A stretch of 64,000 bases of DNA, taken from NCBI GenBank assembly GCA_030595125.1, contig JAUVDV010000001.1, positions 43,861 through 107,860 of the forward strand, in the 5' to 3' direction. The DNA comes from Deltaproteobacteria bacterium (lineage in GTDB: Bacteria; Myxococcota_A; Polyangia; JAAYKL01). The translations under genes were made by a program, and so were the position numbers. The notes under the pieces are model-generated. The model saw only the letters and a program-made list of their open reading frames with translations, had not been told where the DNA came from and did not search any database. The first letter of the stretch is position 1. Each line of letters starts with the position of its first letter. Shown here piece after piece: positions 48,527-57,443 of the stretch.

Positions 48527-49281
48527 CGCGCGATATGAACAAGTACCTGCGCGACGGGTTGCCCGGAACGCGCTTCTGTCCGGGGTGTGGGCATGGAATT
48601 CTCATGGGCGCGATCCTCAGGGCGGTCGACCGACTCGACGTGGCTCTGGACGATCTGCTGTTTGTCTCCGGAATCGGGTGCGCGGCGTGGATCCCCAGCC
48701 CCAACATAGGAACCGATACGCTCCATACGTTGCACGGGCGTGCGCTGGCTTTTGCCACCGGCGCCAAGCTCGCCAACCCGAAATTGACCACAATAGTTGC
48801 GTCGGGGGACGGGGATCTGACATCCATCGGGGGGAACCACCTTATTCACTCCGCGCGGCGCAACCTGGACGTCACCGTCATCTGCGCGAACAATCTGATC
48901 TACGGAATGACCGGCGGTCAAACAGCGTCAACCACACCGGTGGGAGCGCGCACATCCACCGATCCCGACGGGAACAATTTTCGGCCCTTTGATATCTGCA
49001 ACCTGGTGATGGCGTCCGGAGCCAGGTACGCCGCTCGTTTCCCGGTGACTCGCCCGAAGCAACTGATCGACGCCATCGAGAAGGCTCTGCGAATCGAGGG
49101 CTTCACCTTCGTAGAGGCGGTGAGTCCGTGTCCGACCCAGTTCGGACGCCGTAACTCGACGGCGGAAATCTCCGCGTTGTACGACAGCGTGGATTCCCAG
49201 TGTATCTCCCGGGCGGAGGCACAGACCATGGATGAGGACGAGCGATTGCGCCATTTCGTCGTTGGAGAGTTCGAACCATGA
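48523..49281 (+). CDS. korB: 2-oxoacid:ferredoxin oxidoreductase beta subunit
   Basis: FCPGCGHG, SGIGC, GDGD TPP motif, NNLIYGMTGGQ. Confidence 0.9.
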   Translation: MTRDMNKYLRDGLPGTRFCPGCGHGILMGAILRAVDRLDVALDDLLFVSGIGCAAWIPSPNIGTDTLHTLHGRALAFATGAKLANPKLTTIVASGDGDLTSIGGNHLIHSARRNLDVTVICANNLIYGMTGGQTASTTPVGARTSTDPDGNNFRPFDICNLVMASGARYAARFPVTRPKQLIDAIEKALRIEGFTFVEAVSPCPTQFGRRNSTAEISALYDSVDSQCISRAEAQTMDEDERLRHFVVGEFEP

Positions 49282-49838
49282 ACCACGCCATGAACAGATC
49301 TCCGGTTCAGGTGCGCATTGGCGGCGAGGCGGGCCAGGGCGTGATTCTCGCCGGCGTCATGCTGGCACAGGCGGCCATCGGGGATGGTCGCAAAGTGGCT
49401 CAATCCGCGCGTTACGGCGCAGCGGTTCGCGGTGGTGAGGCGACTGCGGATCTGGTTATCTCCGATACGCCTATCGATTATCCCCACGTGGAGACTCCGG
49501 ACATCCTAGTGGTCTTTTCCCAGCAGACTTACGACAAATTCGCGCCGGCCGGGACCGGAGATACAAAAGTGTTCTACGATCCGTTTTTCGTCACGCCGTC
49601 GAAGACCGCCGGGGGCAGCCTCTGGGAGATCTCCGCCACCGAGATGGCCATCGAGAAGTTCGGCAAGAGCACCTCTTCCAATCTGATCGTCCTGGGTTTC
49701 ATCGCACAGCTCACGGAGGTGGTATCGGAGGAAAGCCTGCTCGCCGCTATCGAGCAAAACCTCCCGTCCAGGCACCGCGCTGCGGGTCTCGAGGCGCTTG
49801 CGATGGGAAAAAAGGCGGCTGTGGAGGCAGGTGCATGA
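49278..49838 (+). CDS. korC: 2-oxoacid:ferredoxin oxidoreductase gamma subunit
   Basis: IGGEAGQGVILAG, YGAAVRGG, NLIVLG. Confidence 0.88.
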   Translation: MNHAMNRSPVQVRIGGEAGQGVILAGVMLAQAAIGDGRKVAQSARYGAAVRGGEATADLVISDTPIDYPHVETPDILVVFSQQTYDKFAPAGTGDTKVFYDPFFVTPSKTAGGSLWEISATEMAIEKFGKSTSSNLIVLGFIAQLTEVVSEESLLAAIEQNLPSRHRAAGLEALAMGKKAAVEAGA

Positions 49839-51190
49839 GCGGCGGCAGGACCCACAGGCCACAACGCGATTCGGCCAAATGCATGGTCTGCGGCGGGTGC
49901 ACGTGGCAGTGCCCGGCAACGGTTTTTCCCAGCCTGAGGAGCGAGGAGGGATCTCTGAGGGGTGAGATCTACAGCTCAAAAGAGTTTCCCGGCGAGATGG
50001 CCGACCGTCCTCCCTGCGTGATGGCGTGCCCCCTGGGTCAGGATGTCCCGGGATATATCAGCGCCATAGCGCGGAATGACGTGGACGAGGCTGCAATTAT
50101 TGTTCGCAGGACCAACGCCCTGCCATCCGTGTGCGGCCGTGTCTGCATCGCCTCCTGCATGAGGGCCTGCACAAGGGCGAGAATCGACATGGGCGTGGAC
50201 ATTCGCTCGCTGAAACGCTTTGCCGTGCACGTGGCCGCGGAGGCGCAAGTTGAAACGAATGTCGGGGCCGGCTCGGTGGCGATTATCGGATCCGGCCCGG
50301 CAGGTCTGGCGGCGGCCCACAGATTGAACCAGCTGGGTGTTCGATCGGTGGTGTTCGATGCGGGCTCGACTCCGGGTGGTTCAATGACGGACACGGTGCC
50401 GCGATTCGTTCTGCCCCGTGAGATGGTGGCAAAGGACGCGGCCCGCCTGGTACGGATGGGTGTCGATATTCGTTCGGGAACTCGCATCGGGGAGGACATA
50501 TCCTTTTGCGACCTGGAGTCTTCATATGAGGCCGTGCTGGTAGCTACCGGGGCGCGACGGGATCTGGCGGCTGCGTTTCGAGGATCAGAGCTGAAGAATA
50601 TTGTCGGCGCTGCGGAGTACTGCCGAAACGAACGGAAGATGGACGGCGTGGTGGTTGTGAACGGTGGTGGTCCGTCGGCGGTGCAGGCGGCCCGATTGGC
50701 CGTGCGGCTCGGCGCCCGGAGCGTATCAGTGATCCACCCTGCGCCCCTGGAACAGTGGCCGGCGGGGGATCACGCCCTTGGGCTTGCGCGCGAAGAAGGT
50801 GTTGAGGTTCGCCCCACGCATCGAATAGTGGAAGCGCAGGGTCAAGACGGGATCCTCACGGCGGTGATGGTGAAGGCCGTCAAGGCCGATAACGCGGACG
50901 AGGTTGGCAGGTACAAGCTCGCTTCCCGCGGCGCGGTCGAGCAGCTGGAGGCGGGGCTCCTGATCGTGGCCGGCGAGCGGAGATCATCGACCGAGGACCT
51001 GCCCGATCTCGACGGCATTACACGCGGGGTACTCGGTAATCTACTGATCGACGAAGAGTATCGCCTCGGGCGGGAGCGCTGGTACGCGGCCGGCGAGTGT
51101 GCGACCGGAGCAGCCACGGTGGTCGATTCAATGGCCACCGGGAGGCTTGCGGCCGAGACTATTCATCGCGATCTCGAGTTGGGAAAGTAA
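49835..51190 (+). CDS. GltD/SudA-like FAD/Fe-S oxidoreductase with extra N-terminal ferredoxin motif
   Basis: CMVCGGCTWQCP; PPCVMACP; CGRVCIASCMRAC; IIGSGPAGLAAA. Confidence 0.8.
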   Translation: MSGGRTHRPQRDSAKCMVCGGCTWQCPATVFPSLRSEEGSLRGEIYSSKEFPGEMADRPPCVMACPLGQDVPGYISAIARNDVDEAAIIVRRTNALPSVCGRVCIASCMRACTRARIDMGVDIRSLKRFAVHVAAEAQVETNVGAGSVAIIGSGPAGLAAAHRLNQLGVRSVVFDAGSTPGGSMTDTVPRFVLPREMVAKDAARLVRMGVDIRSGTRIGEDISFCDLESSYEAVLVATGARRDLAAAFRGSELKNIVGAAEYCRNERKMDGVVVVNGGGPSAVQAARLAVRLGARSVSVIHPAPLEQWPAGDHALGLAREEGVEVRPTHRIVEAQGQDGILTAVMVKAVKADNADEVGRYKLASRGAVEQLEAGLLIVAGERRSSTEDLPDLDGITRGVLGNLLIDEEYRLGRERWYAAGECATGAATVVDSMATGRLAAETIHRDLELGK

Positions 51191-51193
51191 CCG

Positions 51194-51973
51194 ATGGCCA
51201 TTTCACTCACCATAGACGGCGAACAGGTAACGGCGAAAGAGGGACAGAGCCTTCTTGCCGTTGCCCGGGCAGCCGGGGCCATGATCCCGTCCCTGTGTGC
51301 CCATCCCCATCTCAAGCCTTACGGCGCCTGCCGCATGTGCCTGGTGGAGGTGACGAGGAACGGGCGGACTCGGATCACCACATCGTGTAATTACGAAGTG
51401 CTCGACGGGATAGAGGTGAGAACCGACACGGAGGAAGTCCGGCGACATCGGAAGATGGTGCTTCGCCTGTTGCTCGGCATTGCGCCACAGGCCTCCGCGA
51501 TCGTGGGGATGGCGAAAGCCAACGGTGTCGATGAGTCGACATTCACACCTTGGGAGCCGCCGGCGGGACGGGAAAACTGCATACTGTGCGGATTGTGCGC
51601 CCGCGTCTGTGAGGAGGTGGTGGGAGCTTGCGCCCTGACCCTGAGTGGTCGGGGCGACAGGAGAGGGTTGGAGGTGCCGTACGCGCAGCGGGTGGCGGAG
51701 TCGTGCATCGGATGCGGAGCCTGCGCTGCGGTTTGCCCCACGGGCGCGGTGGAGGAGGAGAGCATCAAGGTGGAGGTGCTGCGAAAACGTCCTGCCACGG
51801 AAAGAAAGTGCCGGTACAACATGATGGGCCTGATGCCCGGCGCCCTGTGTCCAAATAACTACGACTGCGCCGCCTGTGAAGTTGATCAACGGTTTGTCGA
51901 GGCGTGTCGCCCACACCACCCGATATTCGCCGCGAAGGGCCTCATTTCTCCGAAGGGTTGGGAGAGTAAATGA
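51194..51973 (+). CDS. NuoG/HoxU-like 2Fe-2S + 2x4Fe-4S protein with Cys-rich tail
   Basis: IPSLC...GACRMC...SC; CILCGLCARVC; CIGCGACAAVCP; CPNNYDCAAC. Confidence 0.8.
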   Translation: MAISLTIDGEQVTAKEGQSLLAVARAAGAMIPSLCAHPHLKPYGACRMCLVEVTRNGRTRITTSCNYEVLDGIEVRTDTEEVRRHRKMVLRLLLGIAPQASAIVGMAKANGVDESTFTPWEPPAGRENCILCGLCARVCEEVVGACALTLSGRGDRRGLEVPYAQRVAESCIGCGACAAVCPTGAVEEESIKVEVLRKRPATERKCRYNMMGLMPGALCPNNYDCAACEVDQRFVEACRPHHPIFAAKGLISPKGWESK

Positions 51974-52293
51974 CTACGCGTTCTGACGTATGCACGGTGA
52001 AGGGGGAAAAACGCGTAAGCCCGGCGATGGCGAGCGGAGCGCAACGTGTAAAGAGCTTCGACGAGGTGGAGCCGACCCTGACCCTGGCCGAGGCATCCTA
52101 CGAAGCGCTTCGATGCACCGTATCGAGCCCGTGCCTGTACTGTGACGTCTGTCAGCTCATGTGCCCTGATCTGGCCATCACCCGCGATCCCAAATCGGGA
52201 GAGATCATTATTGATCTGGATTTCTGCAAGGGCTGCGGATTGTGCGCCCACTACTGCCCGCGCGGGGCCATCGACATGGTCCTGGACGAATAA
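51970..52293 (+). CDS. 4Fe-4S dicluster ferredoxin (delta-subunit-like) with GltD C-terminal-like leader
   Basis: CLYCDVCQLMCPD; FCKGCGLCAHYCP; SFDEVEPTLT...EALRC. Confidence 0.8.
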   Translation: MTTRSDVCTVKGEKRVSPAMASGAQRVKSFDEVEPTLTLAEASYEALRCTVSSPCLYCDVCQLMCPDLAITRDPKSGEIIIDLDFCKGCGLCAHYCPRGAIDMVLDE

Positions 52294-52303
52294 CCTGCCA
52301 AAG

Positions 52304-52717
52304 TTACGCGGCCTTCACTAACACCTTCCTGGGTTTGAGGGCGTCCGCCTTTGGTAGCCGCACGGTGAGAACGCCGTTCACGAGTTTCGCTTCGATCCCG
52401 CTCTGGTCGATCTTGTCGCTCAGGGTAAACCGCCGGGTGTACCCGCCGATGCCGTACTCCCGATATCGGAGCTTCCAGTCGGAGTCCGGCTCGTCCACTT
52501 TGCCCGTGACGGTGAGGACCGAGTCCTCGAGATCCACGTTCAAATCTCCGGGCGCCACCCCGGGCATGTCCGCGACGATGACAAGATCCTCTTCGGTCTG
52601 GAAGATATCAACAGCCGGTGAATAGAAGACACCCGGACGGGTGGGCTCTCCCGCTTGGCTGGAGATGGGCTGTTTCTCTTTTGGAACCAATTCCGTTTTT
52701 TCTTTTCGCCTGGTCAT
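52304..52717 (-). CDS. Small heat-shock protein Hsp20
   Basis: PAVDIFQT...ADMPGV...YTRRFTL...NGVLTVRLPK. Confidence 0.92.
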   Translation of the reverse strand: MTRRKEKTELVPKEKQPISSQAGEPTRPGVFYSPAVDIFQTEEDLVIVADMPGVAPGDLNVDLEDSVLTVTGKVDEPDSDWKLRYREYGIGGYTRRFTLSDKIDQSGIEAKLVNGVLTVRLPKADALKPRKVLVKAA

Positions 52718-52738
52718 ATCGATTCTCCTTCCACGATG

Positions 52739-53176
52739 TCAGTTCTTGACGGTGATCTGCCTGGGCAAGGCATGTGCGGCCCTGGGCAAGACGATTTCCA
52801 GGACACCGTTCTCGAACCGGGCGTCAATCTTGTCCGGGTCGATGGGCTGTCCCAGATCGATGGTGCGGTTGAAGCTTCCGTGATCTCGCTCTGCACGATG
52901 ATAGCTTCTGTCGGCGATATCGTTGTTGGGACTTCGTTCACCTTTCAGGGTCAGCTGCGTCGCCGTGGCGGTGATGTCCAGATCGTCCAGAGAGATCCCC
53001 GGGATCTCGGCTAGGACGATGTACGATTCGCCGTTGTCGTAGGTGTTGATCGGCGGAAAGACACCGCAGGCGTTTTTTGAATAGTCCCGCTCGCCGAACA
53101 GGTCGCCCATGTGTTGTTGCCACCGGTTCATCTCCTGCCAGATGTCGTTGAAACGATGTGTTCTCAAAACTGTCAT
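52739..53176 (-). CDS. Small heat-shock protein Hsp20
   Basis: FPPINTY...AEIPGI...ERDHGSFNRTI...NGVLEIVLP; GGAGG RBS before 53176. Confidence 0.92.
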   Translation of the reverse strand: MTVLRTHRFNDIWQEMNRWQQHMGDLFGERDYSKNACGVFPPINTYDNGESYIVLAEIPGISLDDLDITATATQLTLKGERSPNNDIADRSYHRAERDHGSFNRTIDLGQPIDPDKIDARFENGVLEIVLPRAAHALPRQITVKN

Positions 53177-53230
53177 TGCTCGCCTCCAAATCTTTGCCGG
53201 GGTTTTCGTCCCCGGGTTTTCTCTTCGCAA

Positions 53231-53246
53231 TGCAATGTGGGCACCG
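53231..53246 (-). promoter_or_regulatory. Possible sigma54 promoter of hsp20 pair
   Basis: Minus strand CGGTGCCCACATTGCA has GG-N10-GC spacing and TTGCA -12. Confidence 0.4.
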
Positions 53247-53365
53247 TTTTTGTGCGGTAAAGCCCGGGTTGTGTTTTTTTTGGGAGGGAAAAAACCGATC
53301 ATGGAAAGGACGTTTTATAGTGTCGTCGATCACAAGCGGGGTAAAATGGTGTTCAGGAGGACGCC

Positions 53366-53833
53366 GTGAAGAGAATCTCAATATTGACGATATGCATTGG
53401 CGTGTTGGCTGTGACATTCACCTGGAGTGGCTGTGACGACGAGGGCGGCACGGACGAGTTTTCGGAAGCACGCCAGAGGTGCGTGCAGAAGATCAATGAT
53501 TTTCGCGCCACCGAGGGGATACCTGCCCTGGCCCGCTGGTACAGCGGAGAACCCTGCGCCGACGACGAGGCAAAGCAGGACGCCCAGGCGGGGCAGTCTC
53601 ACAGCGCTTTTGGACAGTGCGGCGAGGCGGCCCAGAACGAGTGCCCGAGCTGGCCCTCGGTGGACGACATCATCGACGGATGCCTCCAGAGCATGTGGGA
53701 CGAGGGACCGGGCGCTGACTACAGCGTTCACGGACACTATATCAACATGAGCAGCACCAGTTACGAAAAGGTAGCCTGCGGGTTCTACAGGACGTCCGCC
53801 GGTGACATCTGGTCTGTGCAGAATTTCAAATAG
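53366..53833 (+). CDS. CAP/SCP-domain lipoprotein
   Basis: Lipobox WSGC; INDFRA, AQNE, GHYINM...VACGF...VQNF. Confidence 0.8.
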   Translation: MKRISILTICIGVLAVTFTWSGCDDEGGTDEFSEARQRCVQKINDFRATEGIPALARWYSGEPCADDEAKQDAQAGQSHSAFGQCGEAAQNECPSWPSVDDIIDGCLQSMWDEGPGADYSVHGHYINMSSTSYEKVACGFYRTSAGDIWSVQNFK

Positions 53834-53850
53834 TCCCCAAAAAGACAGGT

Positions 53851-54774
53851 GTGAGATTGCGACACGATAAACCGTCCCGCAGAAAGTTTTTCGGCGATTG
53901 CGCCGTCGCGGTGGCCGCCGTCGGGGTGGGCGCGGCAGTGGGTTGTGCGGGGGAGACCGACCGGGCAAAAGCGGAGGCTCCGGGGACCCATCACGAGCCG
54001 GGTGAATGGTGGACCGAGGGCCGTTACGTGGTTCACCGAACGGTCGATGCATCCAGGCTCAATGATGGTCTGTTGAGAGCCAGAATCGACGGCTCCTGGC
54101 GTGACGTATCGGTGGTGAACCTTCCGGACAGGTTTGTGCGATGGAGTTTCGAGGAGAGGATAGCCCGCCTTGCAAAGCTGGCCGCCGTGGGGTTCGATAC
54201 CAGAGATCTGGACGGGCCCCACAACGCGTGCGTGGCCACATACGGAGGCTGGAGTCGCGACTCGGCGTTCTCCCTCAACACAGCCTACAAGGGGATGGGG
54301 TTCACGCCTACCGAGGAGAGGCTTCCGGGCACTCTCGACGAACTTGGGGAAGAGTCGGAGCGGATCCGCAGGGCGTCCAGGGGCGATTTCATGGCCGACA
54401 TGCGTGAGAAGATCAAGTTTCTGGCCGGTCTCTACAACGACGCGAGCCGCTTCGATATGACCAGGCAGGTCTCCCTCGAGCTCTTTACGGAGCCGGGATA
54501 TGCCACGCACACTTTTCTGAACATGATGGCCAACCCCATCGTCTCCGCGTCGTTCCTGGCCTATCCGACCTTTGAGATACGGGCGGTTCCGCAGCTCCTG
54601 CACCCGGAAAACCCCGCGCTCACGCCTCACGAGCGGAACGTTGTTCGCTACACGAACGCGATTCACGATTTCGTTCACGGTGGTACGGGGGATCGGATGA
54701 CCTGCATCTACCACATTTGCGAGGTGTTCGACGACACGCCTAACAAGGGTGGAGCGGGCACGCGGCTTGTCTGA
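53851..54774 (+). CDS. Tat-signal (lipo)protein, probable FMN-binding split-barrel family
   Basis: SRRKFF twin-arginine, AVGC lipobox; HNACVAT...LNTAYKGMG...SLELF...HTFLN...FDDTP pattern. Confidence 0.55.
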   Translation: MRLRHDKPSRRKFFGDCAVAVAAVGVGAAVGCAGETDRAKAEAPGTHHEPGEWWTEGRYVVHRTVDASRLNDGLLRARIDGSWRDVSVVNLPDRFVRWSFEERIARLAKLAAVGFDTRDLDGPHNACVATYGGWSRDSAFSLNTAYKGMGFTPTEERLPGTLDELGEESERIRRASRGDFMADMREKIKFLAGLYNDASRFDMTRQVSLELFTEPGYATHTFLNMMANPIVSASFLAYPTFEIRAVPQLLHPENPALTPHERNVVRYTNAIHDFVHGGTGDRMTCIYHICEVFDDTPNKGGAGTRLV

Positions 54775-54804
54775 CGTCATGTGACAAGTGATGGGTATTG
54801 ACCC
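54719..54804 (+). repeat. 86-bp direct repeat, left copy (3' end and trailer of 53851 gene)
   Basis: 82/86 identical to 56417-56502. Confidence 0.95.
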
Positions 54805-54836
54805 CTTTCCTTTCCGGATAGAAGCGGGTTACTAAT

Positions 54837-56357
54837 TCAGGGATCTCTGCGTCCATTCAGTTTCATCATTGCCAAATGAGCGGCCCTGAACCACCGGGGG
54901 GTTCTTAAGTGGGCTTCGCGGATGGAGGGTGTTGTCAGAAACGACTTATCGATGAAGTTTCGAGCTTCTTCCCGGGGAGAGATACCGCCGCATGTAAAAG
55001 GGCGATACAAATGAATGACGTCTTCGTTGCCGGGATAGTCTCCCATCATTATCTCAAATTCTTCGGCCCGTTGTGCAAGTTCGCAGTACTTGGGAAGGTT
55101 GAACAACGACAGGTTCATGAAATCCACATCGGAGGAGTTGCTTTCAATGAGATCGAGAGTCGCTTGCCGGTGCTCAGACGTTTCGCCCGGTAAGCCGAAC
55201 AAAAGATACAGATAAGTACGGATACCCGCGGCTGCAGCTTGTCGAATTGTTTCTGCCGATTCTTTTGCGCGTAGCCCTTTATCGAAACGGTCGAGCAAAT
55301 TGTCGCTTCCACCCTCTACACCCAATTGCAGCATCAACAATCCGGCCTCAGCGGCATCTTCGAGCAGCCCGTCTCGCGTGAGTTCTTCAGAGGGCCGAGC
55401 GAATCCGTAGAACTTTACTCCGTACTCACGGGCCGCAGGAAGAAATTGTCGTAGTCTTTTGGGGGGAATTGCCGAGTCCAGCAAATGAACGATGGGTCTG
55501 CGTTCAATAATGTCATTGGGTATGGAACTCAGGAATTGTGTGTACGATGATTCGGGCACTTTGACGAAGGGCATCTCCCTGTCCGGGCAAAAAAGGCAGC
55601 GGCGCCAGTAACAACCAGTGGACAGGGTGAATGGAACAACGGGGTGGGCACTCAGGTAGGGCAGACTGCTTACAAGCGTAGGCCAGGAGATTCTATCCCA
55701 AAAACCCAGTTCGTTTTGATTGGGGATCAGTGATGCCCCGTTGGACAAATCGATTGTTCCAAGTACTTTATGAAGCGCATCGAGTCCATGCCCGGTCGTA
55801 GCGAGGCTGCGAGGGAGTGATCCTCCAATTATGGGTTCAATACCTCTCTGTTTGAGAAATGAAACCAAGTCGATTGTTGAAGCCAGCTGTGACAGATATG
55901 CCAATGAGATAAGAACATGTTTGGGCTTTATCTCATTGAGCACTGGTTCCAGGCGTTCCTCCCATAGTTGTGAAAATGGGTTGGCACCGTTGGAAAGCCG
56001 GTCGGCTAGTGCAGACGGATCGTGTACGTGTTCCGGCGAAGTAATGTCCATGAAAGTGAGTTTCCAGCCGGAATTGATGTTCGAATACTGTTTGAGTTGC
56101 TTGTGCAATGAGCCGGCTGCGGTTCTGTGCCGCATCGGGTCGTATCCGGTTTTCATGTTCAGCAGATACTGCACCGAGTTTTCAACAGCCGCAGTTTTTA
56201 TTTCGGGATGATCGAGGGTTTGATGAAAGAACTCCAGCGAGAGATCAAAAAGGCCGGCGTCATAGCCGTTTCCGGTCAAACCCGCTGCCAGTATGAAAGC
56301 TCCGGAAGGGGGTTCTGCCGGAGTGCACACAGGTCCGGAGAGTACAAGATACTCCAT
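54837..56357 (-). CDS. Radical SAM protein with B12-binding-like N-terminus
   Basis: GCYWRRCLFC (CxxxCxxC), LQLGVEGGS, YLLFGLPGET; lower GC than flanks. Confidence 0.85.
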   Translation of the reverse strand: MEYLVLSGPVCTPAEPPSGAFILAAGLTGNGYDAGLFDLSLEFFHQTLDHPEIKTAAVENSVQYLLNMKTGYDPMRHRTAAGSLHKQLKQYSNINSGWKLTFMDITSPEHVHDPSALADRLSNGANPFSQLWEERLEPVLNEIKPKHVLISLAYLSQLASTIDLVSFLKQRGIEPIIGGSLPRSLATTGHGLDALHKVLGTIDLSNGASLIPNQNELGFWDRISWPTLVSSLPYLSAHPVVPFTLSTGCYWRRCLFCPDREMPFVKVPESSYTQFLSSIPNDIIERRPIVHLLDSAIPPKRLRQFLPAAREYGVKFYGFARPSEELTRDGLLEDAAEAGLLMLQLGVEGGSDNLLDRFDKGLRAKESAETIRQAAAAGIRTYLYLLFGLPGETSEHRQATLDLIESNSSDVDFMNLSLFNLPKYCELAQRAEEFEIMMGDYPGNEDVIHLYRPFTCGGISPREEARNFIDKSFLTTPSIREAHLRTPRWFRAAHLAMMKLNGRRDP

Positions 56358-56416
56358 TTGGGGAAACTACATTGCCTGCACAAGGTGCTCAACAATAATT
56401 CTCATCCTTAGAAAAA

Positions 56417-56502
56417 GCGAGGTGTTCGACGACACGCCTAACAAGGGTGGAGCTGGCACGCGGCTCGTCTGACGTTATGTGACAAGTGATGAGTATTGAC
56501 CC
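56417..56502 (+). repeat. 86-bp direct repeat, right copy
   Basis: Encodes EVFDDTPNKGGAGTRLV*; both coding-part substitutions are synonymous. Confidence 0.95.
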
Positions 56503-56514
56503 TGTGGTCCTGTA

Positions 56515-56982
56515 ATGCGGCCTATGTGCTTTCCGCAGACTGAGGAGGGTTTTTTGGAAACTTCGTCTTTGCCAAAAGACAGAGCCTTTGCGCACAACGG
56601 CGTATTGCTCGCGATGTTTTCCGCCTCATCAGTCATGATCTGGGTGGCGGCTGTGATGAATTTCATCCAGCACAAACAGTTCCTCCCCTACTTCTTGATC
56701 GCGGTTGCATTGCTCCAGACCATTATAGTCTTCTTCTACGCGAGTGCCCCTGTCGTGCGCATCGAATCGGGCATTTTAAAGTATCGACCAGCTCTTCTGC
56801 GCTACGCCCAGATCGGTGATCTGAGCAAGATTACCAGCTTGGACGTGCGAAAGAATAAGGTGATAGTCCAGTTTCAATCCGGTCAAACCATAAAGATCGA
56901 CTTCTTCGGATTGAGCAAATTCGATCGACCGGCCTTGATAGAACTACTATACCAATGGAAATATGGGACGTTGTTAACTTGA
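56515..56982 (+). CDS. Hypothetical membrane protein (two TM + PH-like tail); start uncertain
   Basis: Two hydrophobic helices followed by a beta-rich domain. Confidence 0.5.
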   Translation: MRPMCFPQTEEGFLETSSLPKDRAFAHNGVLLAMFSASSVMIWVAAVMNFIQHKQFLPYFLIAVALLQTIIVFFYASAPVVRIESGILKYRPALLRYAQIGDLSKITSLDVRKNKVIVQFQSGQTIKIDFFGLSKFDRPALIELLYQWKYGTLLT

Positions 56983-57113
56983 TGAACTTGATCGTTGGAA
57001 CGAAAAGCGCGTCGGCGGATGACATATCTTAATGCCTGTGCGTTTTCGCATGCGCACGAGCCAACACACTCATAGTGATCGCAGCAGCACAGTAACAGAA
57101 AGCTTCGAAGGGC

Positions 57114-57443
57114 TCACCAGGTCTCGCTCTGGTCGTATCCGCATACGGCGTAGGTGTCGTCGTTGTCGTCTCTTTTTTCAACGCATGTTTTGTCGATGTC
57201 GGCGCAGTCGTAGTCCTCTTCCGGATAGGAACCGTTCCCGTTCACCGTATCGATGAAGTCCAGGAGATCGCAGAAGAAACCACAGCTGTCATCGTAGTCG
57301 TCTTCCCAGTAATCATCGTCATCGCTGACACATAGAATGATCACATCACCATCGCACCAGGTCTCACCGACGTCGCATCCGCTGTCGCATCCGCCGGCCG
57401 TGAACATCCCCAATACAAGGAGTTTGACGGCCAGGAATTTCAT
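57114..57443 (-). CDS. Small acidic Cys-rich lipoprotein
   Basis: MKFLAVKLLVLGMFTAGGC lipobox; start overlaps the alr stop (ATGA). Confidence 0.65.
   Translation of the reverse strand: MKFLAVKLLVLGMFTAGGCDSGCDVGETWCDGDVIILCVSDDDDYWEDDYDDSCGFFCDLLDFIDTVNGNGSYPEEDYDCADIDKTCVEKRDDNDDTYAVCGYDQSETW

Noticed and set aside
47390-52293. Selenocysteine read-through or frameshift in the oxidoreductase operon
   Set aside because: ORFs are complete, with ordinary overlapping or closely spaced stop/start junctions; no in-frame TGA at a Cys position was seen
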